A stretch of 44,265 nt of DNA from NCBI GenBank assembly GCA_049517415.1, contig JBEKSC010000024.1, positions 1 through 44,265 of the forward strand, read 5' to 3'. Below the pieces are notes generated by a model. The model searched no databases. It had not been told where the DNA came from and saw only the letters and a program-made list of their open reading frames with translations. Shown one piece after another: positions 18,700 through 28,256 of this stretch. The stretch is from Candidatus Bathyarchaeia archaeon. GTDB taxonomy: Archaea; Thermoproteota; Bathyarchaeia; 40CM-2-53-6. A program made the translations under genes and the position numbers. Every line of letters begins with the position of its first letter. Within the stretch, counting starts at the first letter, position 1.

Positions 18700-19146
18700 T
18701 TATAGAACTCGTTCCTTCCACATTCTGGCGCACTCATACCATGAAATTCCCGCTCCAACGACGCCGAAGATCACGCCTGCGGGCTCAACCACGCCATTCT
18801 GCAAAATCGTGCCAACTGCGTAAGCAGCGAGAGCGGTTGAGAGGAAGATTGCGTAGAAGAGATACCGAGGTAGAATAAGGTGACCGACCTTCAAGAACAT
18901 TTTGAGTGTTCCCACCTGCACTTGCTCTTTCAGAGAATACTGCCCCATAGCGTCCTTCTCGGTTACTCCGAGCTCCCGCAATTTCTCCAAGTGGTACAGG
19001 GCGGTGCTTGGGCTCGACATTGAAAGTGCCCGCTGGGTTTCGCGTACTCCTACGGGTTTAGGGTTCCTGAATAGGTACCAGTAAACTCGCAGCGTGGTCC
19101 CGTGAATCGCGCTTTCGGCCGTTGAATCAATCTCGTTCGGTTCCAA
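18700..19146 (-). CDS. Membrane-anchored winged-helix (ArsR-like) regulator
   Basis: GTTLRVYWYL..VGVRETQRALSMSSPSTALYHLEKL HTH followed by two TM helices. Confidence 0.85.
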   Translation of the reverse strand: MEPNEIDSTAESAIHGTTLRVYWYLFRNPKPVGVRETQRALSMSSPSTALYHLEKLRELGVTEKDAMGQYSLKEQVQVGTLKMFLKVGHLILPRYLFYAIFLSTALAAYAVGTILQNGVVEPAGVIFGVVGAGISWYECARMWKERVL

Positions 19147-19279
19147 GTCAACTCACAGTCAAGAAGACGAGGTGATATAGAAAGAACTTCCCAGCCGAAC
19201 AGGTTTCGGAGGAAGCTGAGTAGTAAACAACGTTTTTTAGGGTTACCGTGCACATGCGGGGACGCACGGTGTAAAATCA

Positions 19280-19747
19280 ATGCCAATTTGGGGATACTCG
19301 GTCAAGGAATTTGACCCGGACCGAGCTGTGAGGTGCTCTGGGAGAGAGTTGAAGATTTCCCCAAAGGCGGCGGTTGAAATCTGCCGGAAACTTCGTGGTA
19401 TGAGGTTGGATTCAGCGAAGGAGCTACTTGAGGCAGTAACGAAGAAGAAACGCGCGATTGCATATAGGCGGTACCATAAGGAAGTTCCCCACAGAAGCCT
19501 CGACGAAGGCTGGTACGCGGGTCGCTATCCGGTTAAGGCTGCCAAGTCTTTCCTATTTCTGTTAGAAGAATTGGAGGCGAACGCGGAATACAAGGGTCTC
19601 GATGTCGACCGCCTAAGAATTGTTCACGCGGCCTCTCAGAGGGGCGTGAAAACTCGGCGTTTTATCACGAGGGCCATGGGCAGGGCCACACCCTACTTGA
19701 ATACCCTCGTTCACGTGGAACTAATGGGTTACGAGGTCGCCGAGTGA
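19280..19747 (+). CDS. rpl22: 50S ribosomal protein uL22
   Basis: GRYPVKAA, ANAEYKGLD, RAMGRA. Confidence 0.97.
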   Translation: MPIWGYSVKEFDPDRAVRCSGRELKISPKAAVEICRKLRGMRLDSAKELLEAVTKKKRAIAYRRYHKEVPHRSLDEGWYAGRYPVKAAKSFLFLLEELEANAEYKGLDVDRLRIVHAASQRGVKTRRFITRAMGRATPYLNTLVHVELMGYEVAE

Positions 19748-19748
19748 A

Positions 19749-20444
19749 TTGCCCATTCATAAGTACTTCGTGAAGGAGAACGCCCGCAGGGCTGAGATTG
19801 ATGAATACCTGTCGCAGGAATTGAAGAGGGCTGGGTACAGTAGGCTTGAAATGACCAAAACCCCGCTCGGCACAAGGCTTGTCGTTTACGCGGCGAAACC
19901 GGGTCTTGTCATAGGAAGTCGCGGCCAAAGCATACGGGACCTAACCCAAATTCTAGAGCAACGTTTTGGAATAGAAAACCCGCAGGTTTCAGTTGCGACG
20001 ATAGACGCGCCCGAACTCGACCCTAAGGTGGTAGCGTCCCAGATCGCTATGGCCCTCCAACGGGGTATTCATTTCAGGCGTGCGGCCTACTGGGCACTTC
20101 AACGAACAATCGAAGCTGGCGCACTCGGAGTAGAGATAGCAATTCGGGGTAAGCTGACAACCGATAGAGCACGCTACGAGAAATACAGATCTGGATACTT
20201 GCCGGCAGTCGGGGAGGCAATCAGCAAGATACTGCGAACTGCAGTTGTCGATACTCAACTAAAGCAAGGGCTCTTTGGGATCAGCGTCAGGCTCATGCCC
20301 CCGAACGTTGTTCTTCCTGACAGGCCAGTTATCAAAGAGAGGGGTGAAGCCCCACCGTTACCCAAACCTGTCATACAGGAAGTTGTGGCAGAGGCGGGAA
20401 CAGTTCAAGAGGTGGCTGAGGTTGCCGATACTAAGAAAGCGTGA
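19749..20444 (+). CDS. rps3: 30S ribosomal protein uS3
   Basis: KTPLGTR, KPGLVIG KH domain, FRRAAY, GVEIAIRGKL. Confidence 0.97.
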   Translation: MPIHKYFVKENARRAEIDEYLSQELKRAGYSRLEMTKTPLGTRLVVYAAKPGLVIGSRGQSIRDLTQILEQRFGIENPQVSVATIDAPELDPKVVASQIAMALQRGIHFRRAAYWALQRTIEAGALGVEIAIRGKLTTDRARYEKYRSGYLPAVGEAISKILRTAVVDTQLKQGLFGISVRLMPPNVVLPDRPVIKERGEAPPLPKPVIQEVVAEAGTVQEVAEVADTKKA

Positions 20445-20640
20445 GATCAGGCAGTTACTTCCAGAAGAACGAAACAAGAAGTTAGCGGAGCTGCGGACGG
20501 AACTGACGAAGCTACGCACCAATGTTAAATCTGGAGGAACCGTCGAGAATGTGGGGAGAATTCGCGAACTGAAACGAACCGTCGCACGCATCCTCACCAT
20601 ATCACATGAAAAAGTCCCACCGGAGATGCCTAAGACATGA
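20422..20640 (+). CDS. rpl29: 50S ribosomal protein uL29
   Basis: TTG start; (M)PILRKREIR...GRIRELKRTVARILT. Confidence 0.93.
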   Translation: MPILRKREIRQLLPEERNKKLAELRTELTKLRTNVKSGGTVENVGRIRELKRTVARILTISHEKVPPEMPKT

Positions 20641-20921
20641 GCGAAATCACACCGCAGAACATTCTTCGCCACGAATTAATCGGTCTGACTGTGAAAGTCA
20701 TGCACGCAGACAACCCGATGATTGAGGGAATTCGCGGCGTCGTCGTCGATGAAACAAAGAACATGCTAATGATAAACGCTAAGAGAAGAAGAGTAATGAT
20801 TCCGAAGAATGTTGCTACGTTCAGGTTCGACTTGCCAGGCGGCATACGGGTGGACGTAGACGGCGAACGGTTAGTAGCAAAACCAGAGAATAGATTGAAG
20901 ACTAAAGTGAGGCGCTGGTAA
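20637..20921 (+). CDS. rnp1: Ribonuclease P protein component 1 (Rpp29)
   Basis: ILRHELIGL, GVVVDETKN, PENRLK. Confidence 0.95.
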   Translation: MSEITPQNILRHELIGLTVKVMHADNPMIEGIRGVVVDETKNMLMINAKRRRVMIPKNVATFRFDLPGGIRVDVDGERLVAKPENRLKTKVRRW

Positions 20922-21250
20922 TGTCTGACATAGGAATTGGTGCGAAAGCTCCTAAGAAGTCCTGCGACGACCGTAACTGCCCCTTCCACGGTCAATTATC
21001 CGTTCGACGAAAGTTTCTGGATGGGAAAGTCGTGAGCACTAAGATGACGAAGACAGTAACCGTCGAGAGGGATTACTTGAATTACATCCCCAAATACACT
21101 CGTTATGAGAAACGCAGAAGCCGCATCATGGCACATAGCCCTCCCTGTTTAGAAGTTCACGAAGGAGACCGGGTTAAGATCGCAGAATGCCGACCAATCA
21201 GCAAAGAAGTCGCCTTCGTAGTCGTCGAGAAACTGACTGGGCTAACATGA
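20921..21250 (+). CDS. rps17: 30S ribosomal protein uS17
   Basis: CDDRNCPFHG, KYTRYEKRRS, ECRPISK. Confidence 0.97.
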   Translation: MSDIGIGAKAPKKSCDDRNCPFHGQLSVRRKFLDGKVVSTKMTKTVTVERDYLNYIPKYTRYEKRRSRIMAHSPPCLEVHEGDRVKIAECRPISKEVAFVVVEKLTGLT

Positions 21251-21322
21251 AGTAGCGTTCCCTTCTCAACATAACCTTAATTTGTTCCAGGCGCATTCTG
21301 CAGCGCCTTACGTGAAAGCAAA

Positions 21323-21760
21323 ATGCCAGCCCCTAAAACTCGTGCGGTCAGTGCGAAGGGCATGGTAGAATACCGGCCGCAAATTGCACGAGGATTACCC
21401 AACGGTTGCAGGGTCAGCTGCGCTGACAACACGGGGGCGAAAGAACTCAAAATCATACAGGTTTTCGGTTATCACAGCCGCCTGAGACGCGTCCCTTCAG
21501 CCTGTGTAGGCGACATGGTAATGGTTTCCGTTTCTAAAGGAACCCCTGACCTTAGACGGCAGATGTTTCCAGCCGTAGTCGTTCGGCAGGTCAGGCTTTT
21601 CAAACGCCCAGACGGAACGAGACTTTCCTTCCACGACAACGCTGCCGTCATCATGACCCCCGAAGGCGAATTGAAAGGGACGGAAATTCGCGGGCCTGTG
21701 GCAAGAGAAGCGGCCGAACGTTGGCCAAGAGTCGCCAACCTAGCGAGCATCATTATCTGA
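21323..21760 (+). CDS. rpl14: 50S ribosomal protein uL14
   Basis: [32 protein letters not shown]. Confidence 0.97.
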   Translation: MPAPKTRAVSAKGMVEYRPQIARGLPNGCRVSCADNTGAKELKIIQVFGYHSRLRRVPSACVGDMVMVSVSKGTPDLRRQMFPAVVVRQVRLFKRPDGTRLSFHDNAAVIMTPEGELKGTEIRGPVAREAAERWPRVANLASIII

Positions 21761-21762
21761 AG

Positions 21763-22167
21763 ATGAAATTCATGCGCCTCGTAACGAAGAAGCCCTCGAA
21801 ACAGCGAAAAATGATTTACGAGGCACCCGCACATCGCCTTAGAAAGTTCTTAACTGCACCTCTCTCTGACGAATTACGGACAACTCAGGAAAGGCGCTCT
21901 TACCCAGTTAGGAAGGGTGACACCGTGAAAATCGTAAGGGGCGACTTTGCCGGAATTGAAGGAAAAATAACTGACATAGACACACACAGGCAACGATTAT
22001 ACGTTGAAGGCGTTCAACGAGAAAAGACCGCAGGAACATCCGCGAACGTTTCTGTGAACAGTTCGAAGGTTCGGATCACAAAGCTGAACCTCGATGACAA
22101 ATGGCGAGCGGAGTCCATCAAAGTATCTCGGCCAAAGACGACTACCGACGCAGGGGCAGGGGCCTAA
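21763..22167 (+). CDS. rpl24: 50S ribosomal protein uL24
   Basis: KPSKQRK..APAH, VRKGDTVKIVRG KOW motif. Confidence 0.96.
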   Translation: MKFMRLVTKKPSKQRKMIYEAPAHRLRKFLTAPLSDELRTTQERRSYPVRKGDTVKIVRGDFAGIEGKITDIDTHRQRLYVEGVQREKTAGTSANVSVNSSKVRITKLNLDDKWRAESIKVSRPKTTTDAGAGA

Positions 22168-22169
22168 GA

Positions 22170-22910
22170 ATGGCCAACAAGGGTGGACTCAAGCACCTCA
22201 AACGGCTAGCCTCCCCTAGCTTTTGGCCAGTCCACCGAAAGGAGGCAACGTGGGTCCCGAAACCAGACCCAGGAGCCCACGCTTCCGCAATTTGCCTGCC
22301 CTTAGAAATAGTAATCCGAGACGAACTAGCCCTAGGTAGGAACAGAAGGGAAGTCGGCACCATCTTGGCTGGCGGAAAGGTGAAAGTGGACGGGCGACCC
22401 CGGCGCGCCAGAAATCACCCGACCGGCTTGATGGATGTAATAGAATTCACCGACGCCAATACCGCTTTCAGAGTCCTTCCCGTCGCGGGGAAAGGCCTCT
22501 CACTCGTCAAGATACCGAAAGAGGAGACAAAATTCAAACTCTGCAAAGTCCTCCGGAAGGGAGTAGCACCTGGTGGCCGCGTCCATTACGGAACACACGA
22601 TGGCCGTACCCTCTCCGTCCCGCCAACAGAAAGCCAAACGGCCGTTTACTCAACGAATAACACATTGAGGATCAGCATTCCAACCCAACGCGTCCTAAAC
22701 GAAATCAAATTTGAGAAAGGCAATTTCGCAATCGTCATCGCAGGCAGAAACCTAGGCAAAAGCGGAAAGATCTTGGAAGTACAAGCCGGGACCGCTACGA
22801 GGCCGGCGATGGTAACCCTAGAAGACAGCACGGGCAAAAAGTTTGAGACGATGGTAGACTACACGTTCGTTGTGGGAACCGATAAACCCGCGATAAAACT
22901 GGAGGCCTAG
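22170..22910 (+). CDS. rps4e: 30S ribosomal protein eS4
   Basis: HLKRLASP..W, KVDGR, GLMDVI, HDGR. Confidence 0.96.
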   Translation: MANKGGLKHLKRLASPSFWPVHRKEATWVPKPDPGAHASAICLPLEIVIRDELALGRNRREVGTILAGGKVKVDGRPRRARNHPTGLMDVIEFTDANTAFRVLPVAGKGLSLVKIPKEETKFKLCKVLRKGVAPGGRVHYGTHDGRTLSVPPTESQTAVYSTNNTLRISIPTQRVLNEIKFEKGNFAIVIAGRNLGKSGKILEVQAGTATRPAMVTLEDSTGKKFETMVDYTFVVGTDKPAIKLEA

Positions 22911-22913
22911 ACA

Positions 22914-23456
22914 ATGGAAACAGTTACCGAAACACTGCCCAAAACAAACCCCATGCGGGAAGTCAAACTAGCGAAGGTCGTAGTGCATATAGGCGTTGGT
23001 AAGTCAGGCGAAATGCTTGAGAAAGCAAGGAAGGTTCTTCAAGAAATCACAGCGCAAAAGCCTTGCACCAGACAAGCCAAGATGACGATAAAAGAATTCG
23101 GAATCCGCGAAGGGGAACCCATCGCTTGCATGACAACGCTCAGAGGGGAAAAAGCTGCAACCTTTCTAAAACGAGGCCTCGATGCTGTGTCAAATACTTT
23201 GAAGAGGTCGAGTTTCGATGAACATGGGAACTTCGCCTTCGGAATCAAAGAGCACATTGAAATTCCCGGAACCAAATATGTTCCTGAACTAGGCATATTC
23301 GGAATGGACGTTATAGGAACACTCGAACGGCCGGGTTTCAGAATCAAGAGAAGAAGAATAAGGCCGGCGTCCGTCGGAAAATCGCACCGAGTTTCCAAAG
23401 ATGACGCTATTAACTTCATGACGGCAAAATTCGCCGTTCAGATTCGGGAGGCCTAG
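22914..23456 (+). CDS. rpl5: 50S ribosomal protein uL5
   Basis: NPMRE, FDEHGNFAFGIKEHI, GIFGMD. Confidence 0.97.
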   Translation: METVTETLPKTNPMREVKLAKVVVHIGVGKSGEMLEKARKVLQEITAQKPCTRQAKMTIKEFGIREGEPIACMTTLRGEKAATFLKRGLDAVSNTLKRSSFDEHGNFAFGIKEHIEIPGTKYVPELGIFGMDVIGTLERPGFRIKRRRIRPASVGKSHRVSKDDAINFMTAKFAVQIREA

Positions 23457-23462
23457 GGACAC

Positions 23463-23627
23463 TTGGCTAAACTGAAACCGAAGAAAGTCAGAAAATACGG
23501 CAAGGGTAGCAGGCCATGTAGAAGATGCGGCCAGTACGGCCCTGTAATTCGCAAGTACGACCTGTACCTATGCCGACAATGCTTCCGTGAACTAGCCCCA
23601 AGCCTAGGGTTCAAGAAGTACATGTAG
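23463..23627 (+). CDS. rps14: 30S ribosomal protein uS14 (54 aa, absent from ORF track)
   Basis: Hand translation from [57 protein letters not shown]. Confidence 0.96.
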   Translation: MAKLKPKKVRKYGKGSRPCRRCGQYGPVIRKYDLYLCRQCFRELAPSLGFKKYM

Positions 23628-23638
23628 GGTTGGAAATC

Positions 23639-24190
23639 ATGGTACTCGTCGAACTCGCGGAAAGATCAATACCCATCCCTGAAGGTGTTCAACTTAACGT
23701 GGACGGAAGAAGAATCAAAGCTGTCGGACCAAAGGGAACACTCGAAGAGGATTTCTCCCACCTGCCTGTACAATTTGCCTTGGAGGGCCAGTCCCTTCGC
23801 GTTTACAGTCCGTGGGCTCGGAAACGTGAAGTAGCCCTCGTCGGTACCGCCCTAGCCCACGTCCGCAACATGATTCGCGGCGTGTCGTCAGGATACACAT
23901 ACAAGCTCAAGCTTGTTTACGCTCACTTTCCGATAACCGTCAAAGTCAACGAGAAGGAAAAGAAGCTCACGATCGACAACTTCACAGGCGAGAAGACACC
24001 CCGAAACGCAAAAATCATTGGGGACGCCAAAGTCAAAATAGCCGGCGACGAAATTCACGTTCAAGGAAACCGCCTCGGCGACGTAAGCCAGACGGCCGCC
24101 AACATCCAATACGCAACCAAAATCAAAGAGAAAGACCAGCGCGTATTCCTAGACGGCATATACATTTTCGAAAAGAAGGAAGGCATGTAA
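23639..24190 (+). CDS. rpl6: 50S ribosomal protein uL6
   Basis: GPKG, YAHFP, NFTGEK, DQRVFLDGIY. Confidence 0.97.
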   Translation: MVLVELAERSIPIPEGVQLNVDGRRIKAVGPKGTLEEDFSHLPVQFALEGQSLRVYSPWARKREVALVGTALAHVRNMIRGVSSGYTYKLKLVYAHFPITVKVNEKEKKLTIDNFTGEKTPRNAKIIGDAKVKIAGDEIHVQGNRLGDVSQTAANIQYATKIKEKDQRVFLDGIYIFEKKEGM

Positions 24191-24191
24191 A

Positions 24192-24722
24192 ATGTCCTAC
24201 CGCAGACCTCGTTTCGTCAGAGAAGAAAGCTGGCGCTACAAGAGAGTCAAAGAGCCCTGGCGCGCCCCCCACGGAAAAACGAGTCGCGTCAGACGTAGCA
24301 AGAAAGGCTGGCCCGCAGTAGTGAAGATCGGTTACTCAAGACCACGAGCCACCAAAGGCCTCCACCCATCGGGCCTGAGGGAAGTTATGGTGTGGCGTGC
24401 GAAAGATCTGATAGGCTTGGACCCAAAGCTCCAGGTCGCAAGAATCGCACACACAGTGGGCGAAAACAAACGCGTCCAAATCATCGACGAAGCAAAGAAG
24501 GCAAACATTCGCATCCTTAACCCACGATTGAAGAAACCGGCTGAAGCAGTACCTGAAGTACCCGCAGAACCTACGATTGGAGAACCCACCCCCACAGAAA
24601 CGACTCCTGAAACGGAAGAAGGAACCGCAGAAGTAAAAACGAAGGAAACGGCACCAGCCAAACAGAAACCAAAGAAGAAGGCCAAGCCAAAAAGCGCAAC
24701 AAAGAGGAAGAGTAAGGAATGA
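24192..24722 (+). CDS. rpl32e: 50S ribosomal protein eL32 with long acidic/basic C-terminal extension
   Basis: FVREESWRYKR..WRAPHG, GLHPSG, IRILNP. Confidence 0.95.
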   Translation: MSYRRPRFVREESWRYKRVKEPWRAPHGKTSRVRRSKKGWPAVVKIGYSRPRATKGLHPSGLREVMVWRAKDLIGLDPKLQVARIAHTVGENKRVQIIDEAKKANIRILNPRLKKPAEAVPEVPAEPTIGEPTPTETTPETEEGTAEVKTKETAPAKQKPKKKAKPKSATKRKSKE

Positions 24723-25162
24723 GCGTAGTAAGCCAGAAACGCCTAGCCGCAGATTTACTCAAAGTGGGAATAACCAGAGTATGGGTCGACCCTGAAGACA
24801 CGGACCGTGTATCGTCAGCTATCACTCGCGGAGAGATTAGGAAGTTAATTCACGAAGGAAGCATCAGGAAAGTCCCCGTAGTTGGCATAAGCAGGGGTAG
24901 GAAACGGGTGAGACACCAAGAGCTACTGGCAGGCCGACACAAAGGGCCAGGGAGCACCAAGGGTAGCGCACACGACAGCAAGAGAAGATGGGTTGTCCGC
25001 ATTAGGTCAATTAGGATAAGGCTGCGAAGTTTACGCGATAAGCGCTTCATCACCCCGGAAGTTTACAGGAAACTAACCCTGATGGCAAAAGGCGGAACCT
25101 TCAGAAGCGCCTCACACTTAGATGAATACGTAGACACGCACAAGCTTGCACGGAGACGCTAG
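24719..25162 (+). CDS. rpl19e: 50S ribosomal protein eL19
   Basis: QKRLAA, RVWVDP, GPGSTKG, AKGGTF. Confidence 0.97.
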   Translation: MSVVSQKRLAADLLKVGITRVWVDPEDTDRVSSAITRGEIRKLIHEGSIRKVPVVGISRGRKRVRHQELLAGRHKGPGSTKGSAHDSKRRWVVRIRSIRIRLRSLRDKRFITPEVYRKLTLMAKGGTFRSASHLDEYVDTHKLARRR

Positions 25163-25163
25163 A

Positions 25164-25802
25164 ATGCAAACAGCCCAAACCCAAAGAACCGAGACAGGCT
25201 GGGTTCCCAAAACCAAAGTAGGCAGGATGGTTCAGACCGGACAGATAGTCTCCCTTGAAGATATCTTCACACAAGGATTGAAAATCAAAGAACCGGAAAT
25301 AGTCGACGTCCTCCTGCCCGGCCTCAGACAGGAAGTACTCGGTATAGGATTCGTGCAAAAACAAACCGATGCCGGCGAGAAATCACGCTTCAAAGCAATC
25401 GTAGCCGTAGGGAACGGCACCGGATTCCTAGGCGTCGGAGGCGGCAAAGCAAAACAGGTCAGAAACGCCATAGACAAAGCCACCATAACCGCCAAACTCG
25501 GCGTTGTTCCAATTCGCCGCGGTTGCGGCAGTTGGGAATGCGGTTGCGGCCAACCACATTCAATTCCATTCAAAATTCGAGGAAAGTGCGGCAGCGTCGC
25601 AATCGAAATCATCCCAGGCCCAAGAGGACTTGGGTTGGTCGGGGGAGAAACTCCGAAGACCGTTCTAACACTGGCAGGCGTCAAAGACTGCTGGACGAGA
25701 AGCTTCGGTTCAACGAACACACTCGGCTCCATGGCGTACGCGGTATACGAAGCCCTACGGAGCACGTACCGAGTCGTGACACCCCAAGACTGGGTTGCCT
25801 AG
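25164..25802 (+). CDS. rps5: 30S ribosomal protein uS5
   Basis: WVPKTKVG, QKQTDAG, RRGCGSWEC, PGPRGLGLV. Confidence 0.97.
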   Translation: MQTAQTQRTETGWVPKTKVGRMVQTGQIVSLEDIFTQGLKIKEPEIVDVLLPGLRQEVLGIGFVQKQTDAGEKSRFKAIVAVGNGTGFLGVGGGKAKQVRNAIDKATITAKLGVVPIRRGCGSWECGCGQPHSIPFKIRGKCGSVAIEIIPGPRGLGLVGGETPKTVLTLAGVKDCWTRSFGSTNTLGSMAYAVYEALRSTYRVVTPQDWVA

Positions 25803-25820
25803 ATCGAAGCCTTCCCATTT

Positions 25821-27026
25821 TCAGATACTGCCGAGCGACTTCCCAATCTTCTCAAACGCGTGCAACGCGAAATCCAAGTCCTTCCTCGTATGCCCGGCGT
25901 TCATTATTGTTCTGATTCTGGCTTTGTCGCGGGAAACCATCGGGTAGACTATTGGAAGCGCGAATATGCCCTCCCCGAAGAGCATCTCACTCATTTTACG
26001 GGCCGTCGAACTCTCACCCACAATCACAGGCGTGATCGGCGTTTCGCTCGCGCCAATATCAAATCCCAAATTGCGTAATCCTTCCTTGAAGTAACGAGTA
26101 TTCTCCCATAACTTCTGCAGGTGCTCAGGCTCTTCTTGGATAACCTCTAGACTTGCCTTACATGATGCGACAACGCTGGCAGGATGTGAACCGCTTAGAA
26201 GCCAAGTTCTAGACTTGTTCAAGGCGTAATTCACTAGGTCTCGGGATCCGGCAATGTACCCTCCAACGACGCCAAACGCCTTAGAGAATGTGCCCATCTC
26301 GACGTCGACACGGCCTTCAATGTGGAAGTGTGAAGTGATTCCCCGCCCGGACTCTCCGAGTACGCCGTCACCATGTGCATCGTCAATGTACGTCATCGCT
26401 CCATGCTCCTCAGCGAGTTCCACTACTCTGTCCGCGGGGGCGATGTCTCCGTCCATGCTGAAAACGCCATCAGTCACAATCAGGATGTGCTTGTAGTTCT
26501 TATTCTCGGCTTCGTTGAGAACTTTCCTAAGGTCTTCCATGTCCCGGTGCTTGTATACGGTGCGCTCCGCCCTGCTCAAGCGAACGCCGTCAATGATGCT
26601 GCCGTGATTCAGCTCGTCGCTAATTATGAGGTCACCTTCCGTGGCGAGTTGTGGGACGAGGCCGGAATTGGCCGCAAACCCCGTCGCGTATGCTAACGAA
26701 GCTTCAGTGTGCTTGTACCGAGCAAGCGTCTCTTCCAGTTCCACATGAGCATTCATGGTTCCAGCAATTGGCCGGACCGAGCCGGAGCCCGCACCGTATT
26801 TCTCGATCGCGTCTAACGCTGCTTTCTTCACCTTAGGATGGTTGGTCAGGTTCAGGTAATTGTTTGAGCATAAGATTAGGGCTTTCTTACCAGAGACTAC
26901 ACCCCACGGCCCGCTATTGCTTCCGAGGACGCGAATGCGCCAATCCAAATCTTGTGTGACGAGTCGTTCGTATTCTTCGCGAAGAAATGAACGTGGGTCT
27001 CGCTTCGTATGCGTACCTTCGACCAA
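25821..27026 (-). CDS. kbl: Glycine C-acetyltransferase / 2-amino-3-ketobutyrate CoA ligase (PLP, BioF/Kbl family)
   Basis: CSNNYL, SDELNHGSIIDG, TDGVFSMDG, DDAHG, GTFSKA; adjacent tdh supports Kbl. Confidence 0.88.
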   Translation of the reverse strand: MVEGTHTKRDPRSFLREEYERLVTQDLDWRIRVLGSNSGPWGVVSGKKALILCSNNYLNLTNHPKVKKAALDAIEKYGAGSGSVRPIAGTMNAHVELEETLARYKHTEASLAYATGFAANSGLVPQLATEGDLIISDELNHGSIIDGVRLSRAERTVYKHRDMEDLRKVLNEAENKNYKHILIVTDGVFSMDGDIAPADRVVELAEEHGAMTYIDDAHGDGVLGESGRGITSHFHIEGRVDVEMGTFSKAFGVVGGYIAGSRDLVNYALNKSRTWLLSGSHPASVVASCKASLEVIQEEPEHLQKLWENTRYFKEGLRNLGFDIGASETPITPVIVGESSTARKMSEMLFGEGIFALPIVYPMVSRDKARIRTIMNAGHTRKDLDFALHAFEKIGKSLGSI

Positions 27027-27134
27027 AGGCTCATCCCTTGCGCCTCAGTCCGCCCTCTTCAGAATAATAGTTTTGCCCGTGGCAATGCCCAGCAAAACAT
27101 AAAGGTTCATTACCTGATACACGTCGCGAACCGA

Positions 27135-28163
27135 TTGAAAGCATTCGCGAAAATTCGGCCGGCACCGGGTATCGAGCAAATTGAGGCTGAACGACCTAGA
27201 ATCGGTCAACATGAAGTCCTGGTCAAAGTCAAAGTCACCTCCGTCTGCGGAACAGACCACCACATCTACGAATGGGATGATTGGGCGCAAGCACGAATCA
27301 AACCACCGCGCATCATCGGACATGAGTTCGCGGGAGAAGTCGTGGAGATCGCGCCTGACGTCACCGCGTGCACTGTCGGCGAAACAGTGGTCGCTGAGAG
27401 CCACATAGGATGCGGGAAATGCTACCAGTGCCGAACAGGCAACTCACACATTTGCGAGCGCGTGGCGATTCTTGGAGTCGATGTTGACGGCTCCTTCGCA
27501 GAGTACGTCAAAATCCCTGAAAATAACGCTTGGCCAGTTCCAAGCGAAGTCCCCCTAGACACCGCCTCGATACTGGAACCGCTCGGAAACGCGGTCCACG
27601 CCGCTTTTGCAGCCGATATCGCGGGAAACGACGTAACAATATTTGGTTGCGGTCCGGTTGGCCTTTCGGCTGTTGCCCTGACAAGCATTTTTGGGGCCCT
27701 TTCCGTCACAGCTGTCGACATCAACGATTACAGGTTGAAACTCGCGGCGACAATGGGAGCCTCAAAAACAATAAACTCGAAAAACGGTGACCCTGTAGCT
27801 GAGGTTCACAAAGACACGGGCGGCCGCGGCGCAGGTGTCGTTCTGGAAATGTCTGGAAATGAACGCGCAATCAAAGACGCCTTTCGTACAGTTCGCAACG
27901 GTGGGACAATAATACTCTTCGGGCTCCCATCAAAAGAGGTTCAACTCAACATAGCTGACGACTTCATCTTCAAAGAAGCCCACGTGCGCGGGATAGTCGG
28001 ACGCGAGATGTTCAACACGTGGTATAAGCTCGAAGCTATCCTAAAGTCTGGAAAACTGAACTTGAAGCCTTTGATAACGCACCGTATGGCCCTCAACCAA
28101 CTTGATGAAGCAATGAAATTGGTTGGGTCGGGAAATTGCGGCAAGATCGTCCTAAGACCCTAA
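27135..28163 (+). CDS. tdh: L-threonine 3-dehydrogenase
   Basis: CGTDHHIYEWDDWA, GHEFAG, Zn Cys cluster, EPLGNAVH, LEMSG, GREMFNTW; TTG start inferred. Confidence 0.93.
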   Translation: MKAFAKIRPAPGIEQIEAERPRIGQHEVLVKVKVTSVCGTDHHIYEWDDWAQARIKPPRIIGHEFAGEVVEIAPDVTACTVGETVVAESHIGCGKCYQCRTGNSHICERVAILGVDVDGSFAEYVKIPENNAWPVPSEVPLDTASILEPLGNAVHAAFAADIAGNDVTIFGCGPVGLSAVALTSIFGALSVTAVDINDYRLKLAATMGASKTINSKNGDPVAEVHKDTGGRGAGVVLEMSGNERAIKDAFRTVRNGGTIILFGLPSKEVQLNIADDFIFKEAHVRGIVGREMFNTWYKLEAILKSGKLNLKPLITHRMALNQLDEAMKLVGSGNCGKIVLRP

Positions 28164-28256
28164 GCTCAAGTTCCGGAAACGTTTATCTTGGGCACTCCGG
28201 AACCTGACAAGCTCGCGTGATCATTTAAAGCAGAAAAACCCGAAGGCACAAGAAAA

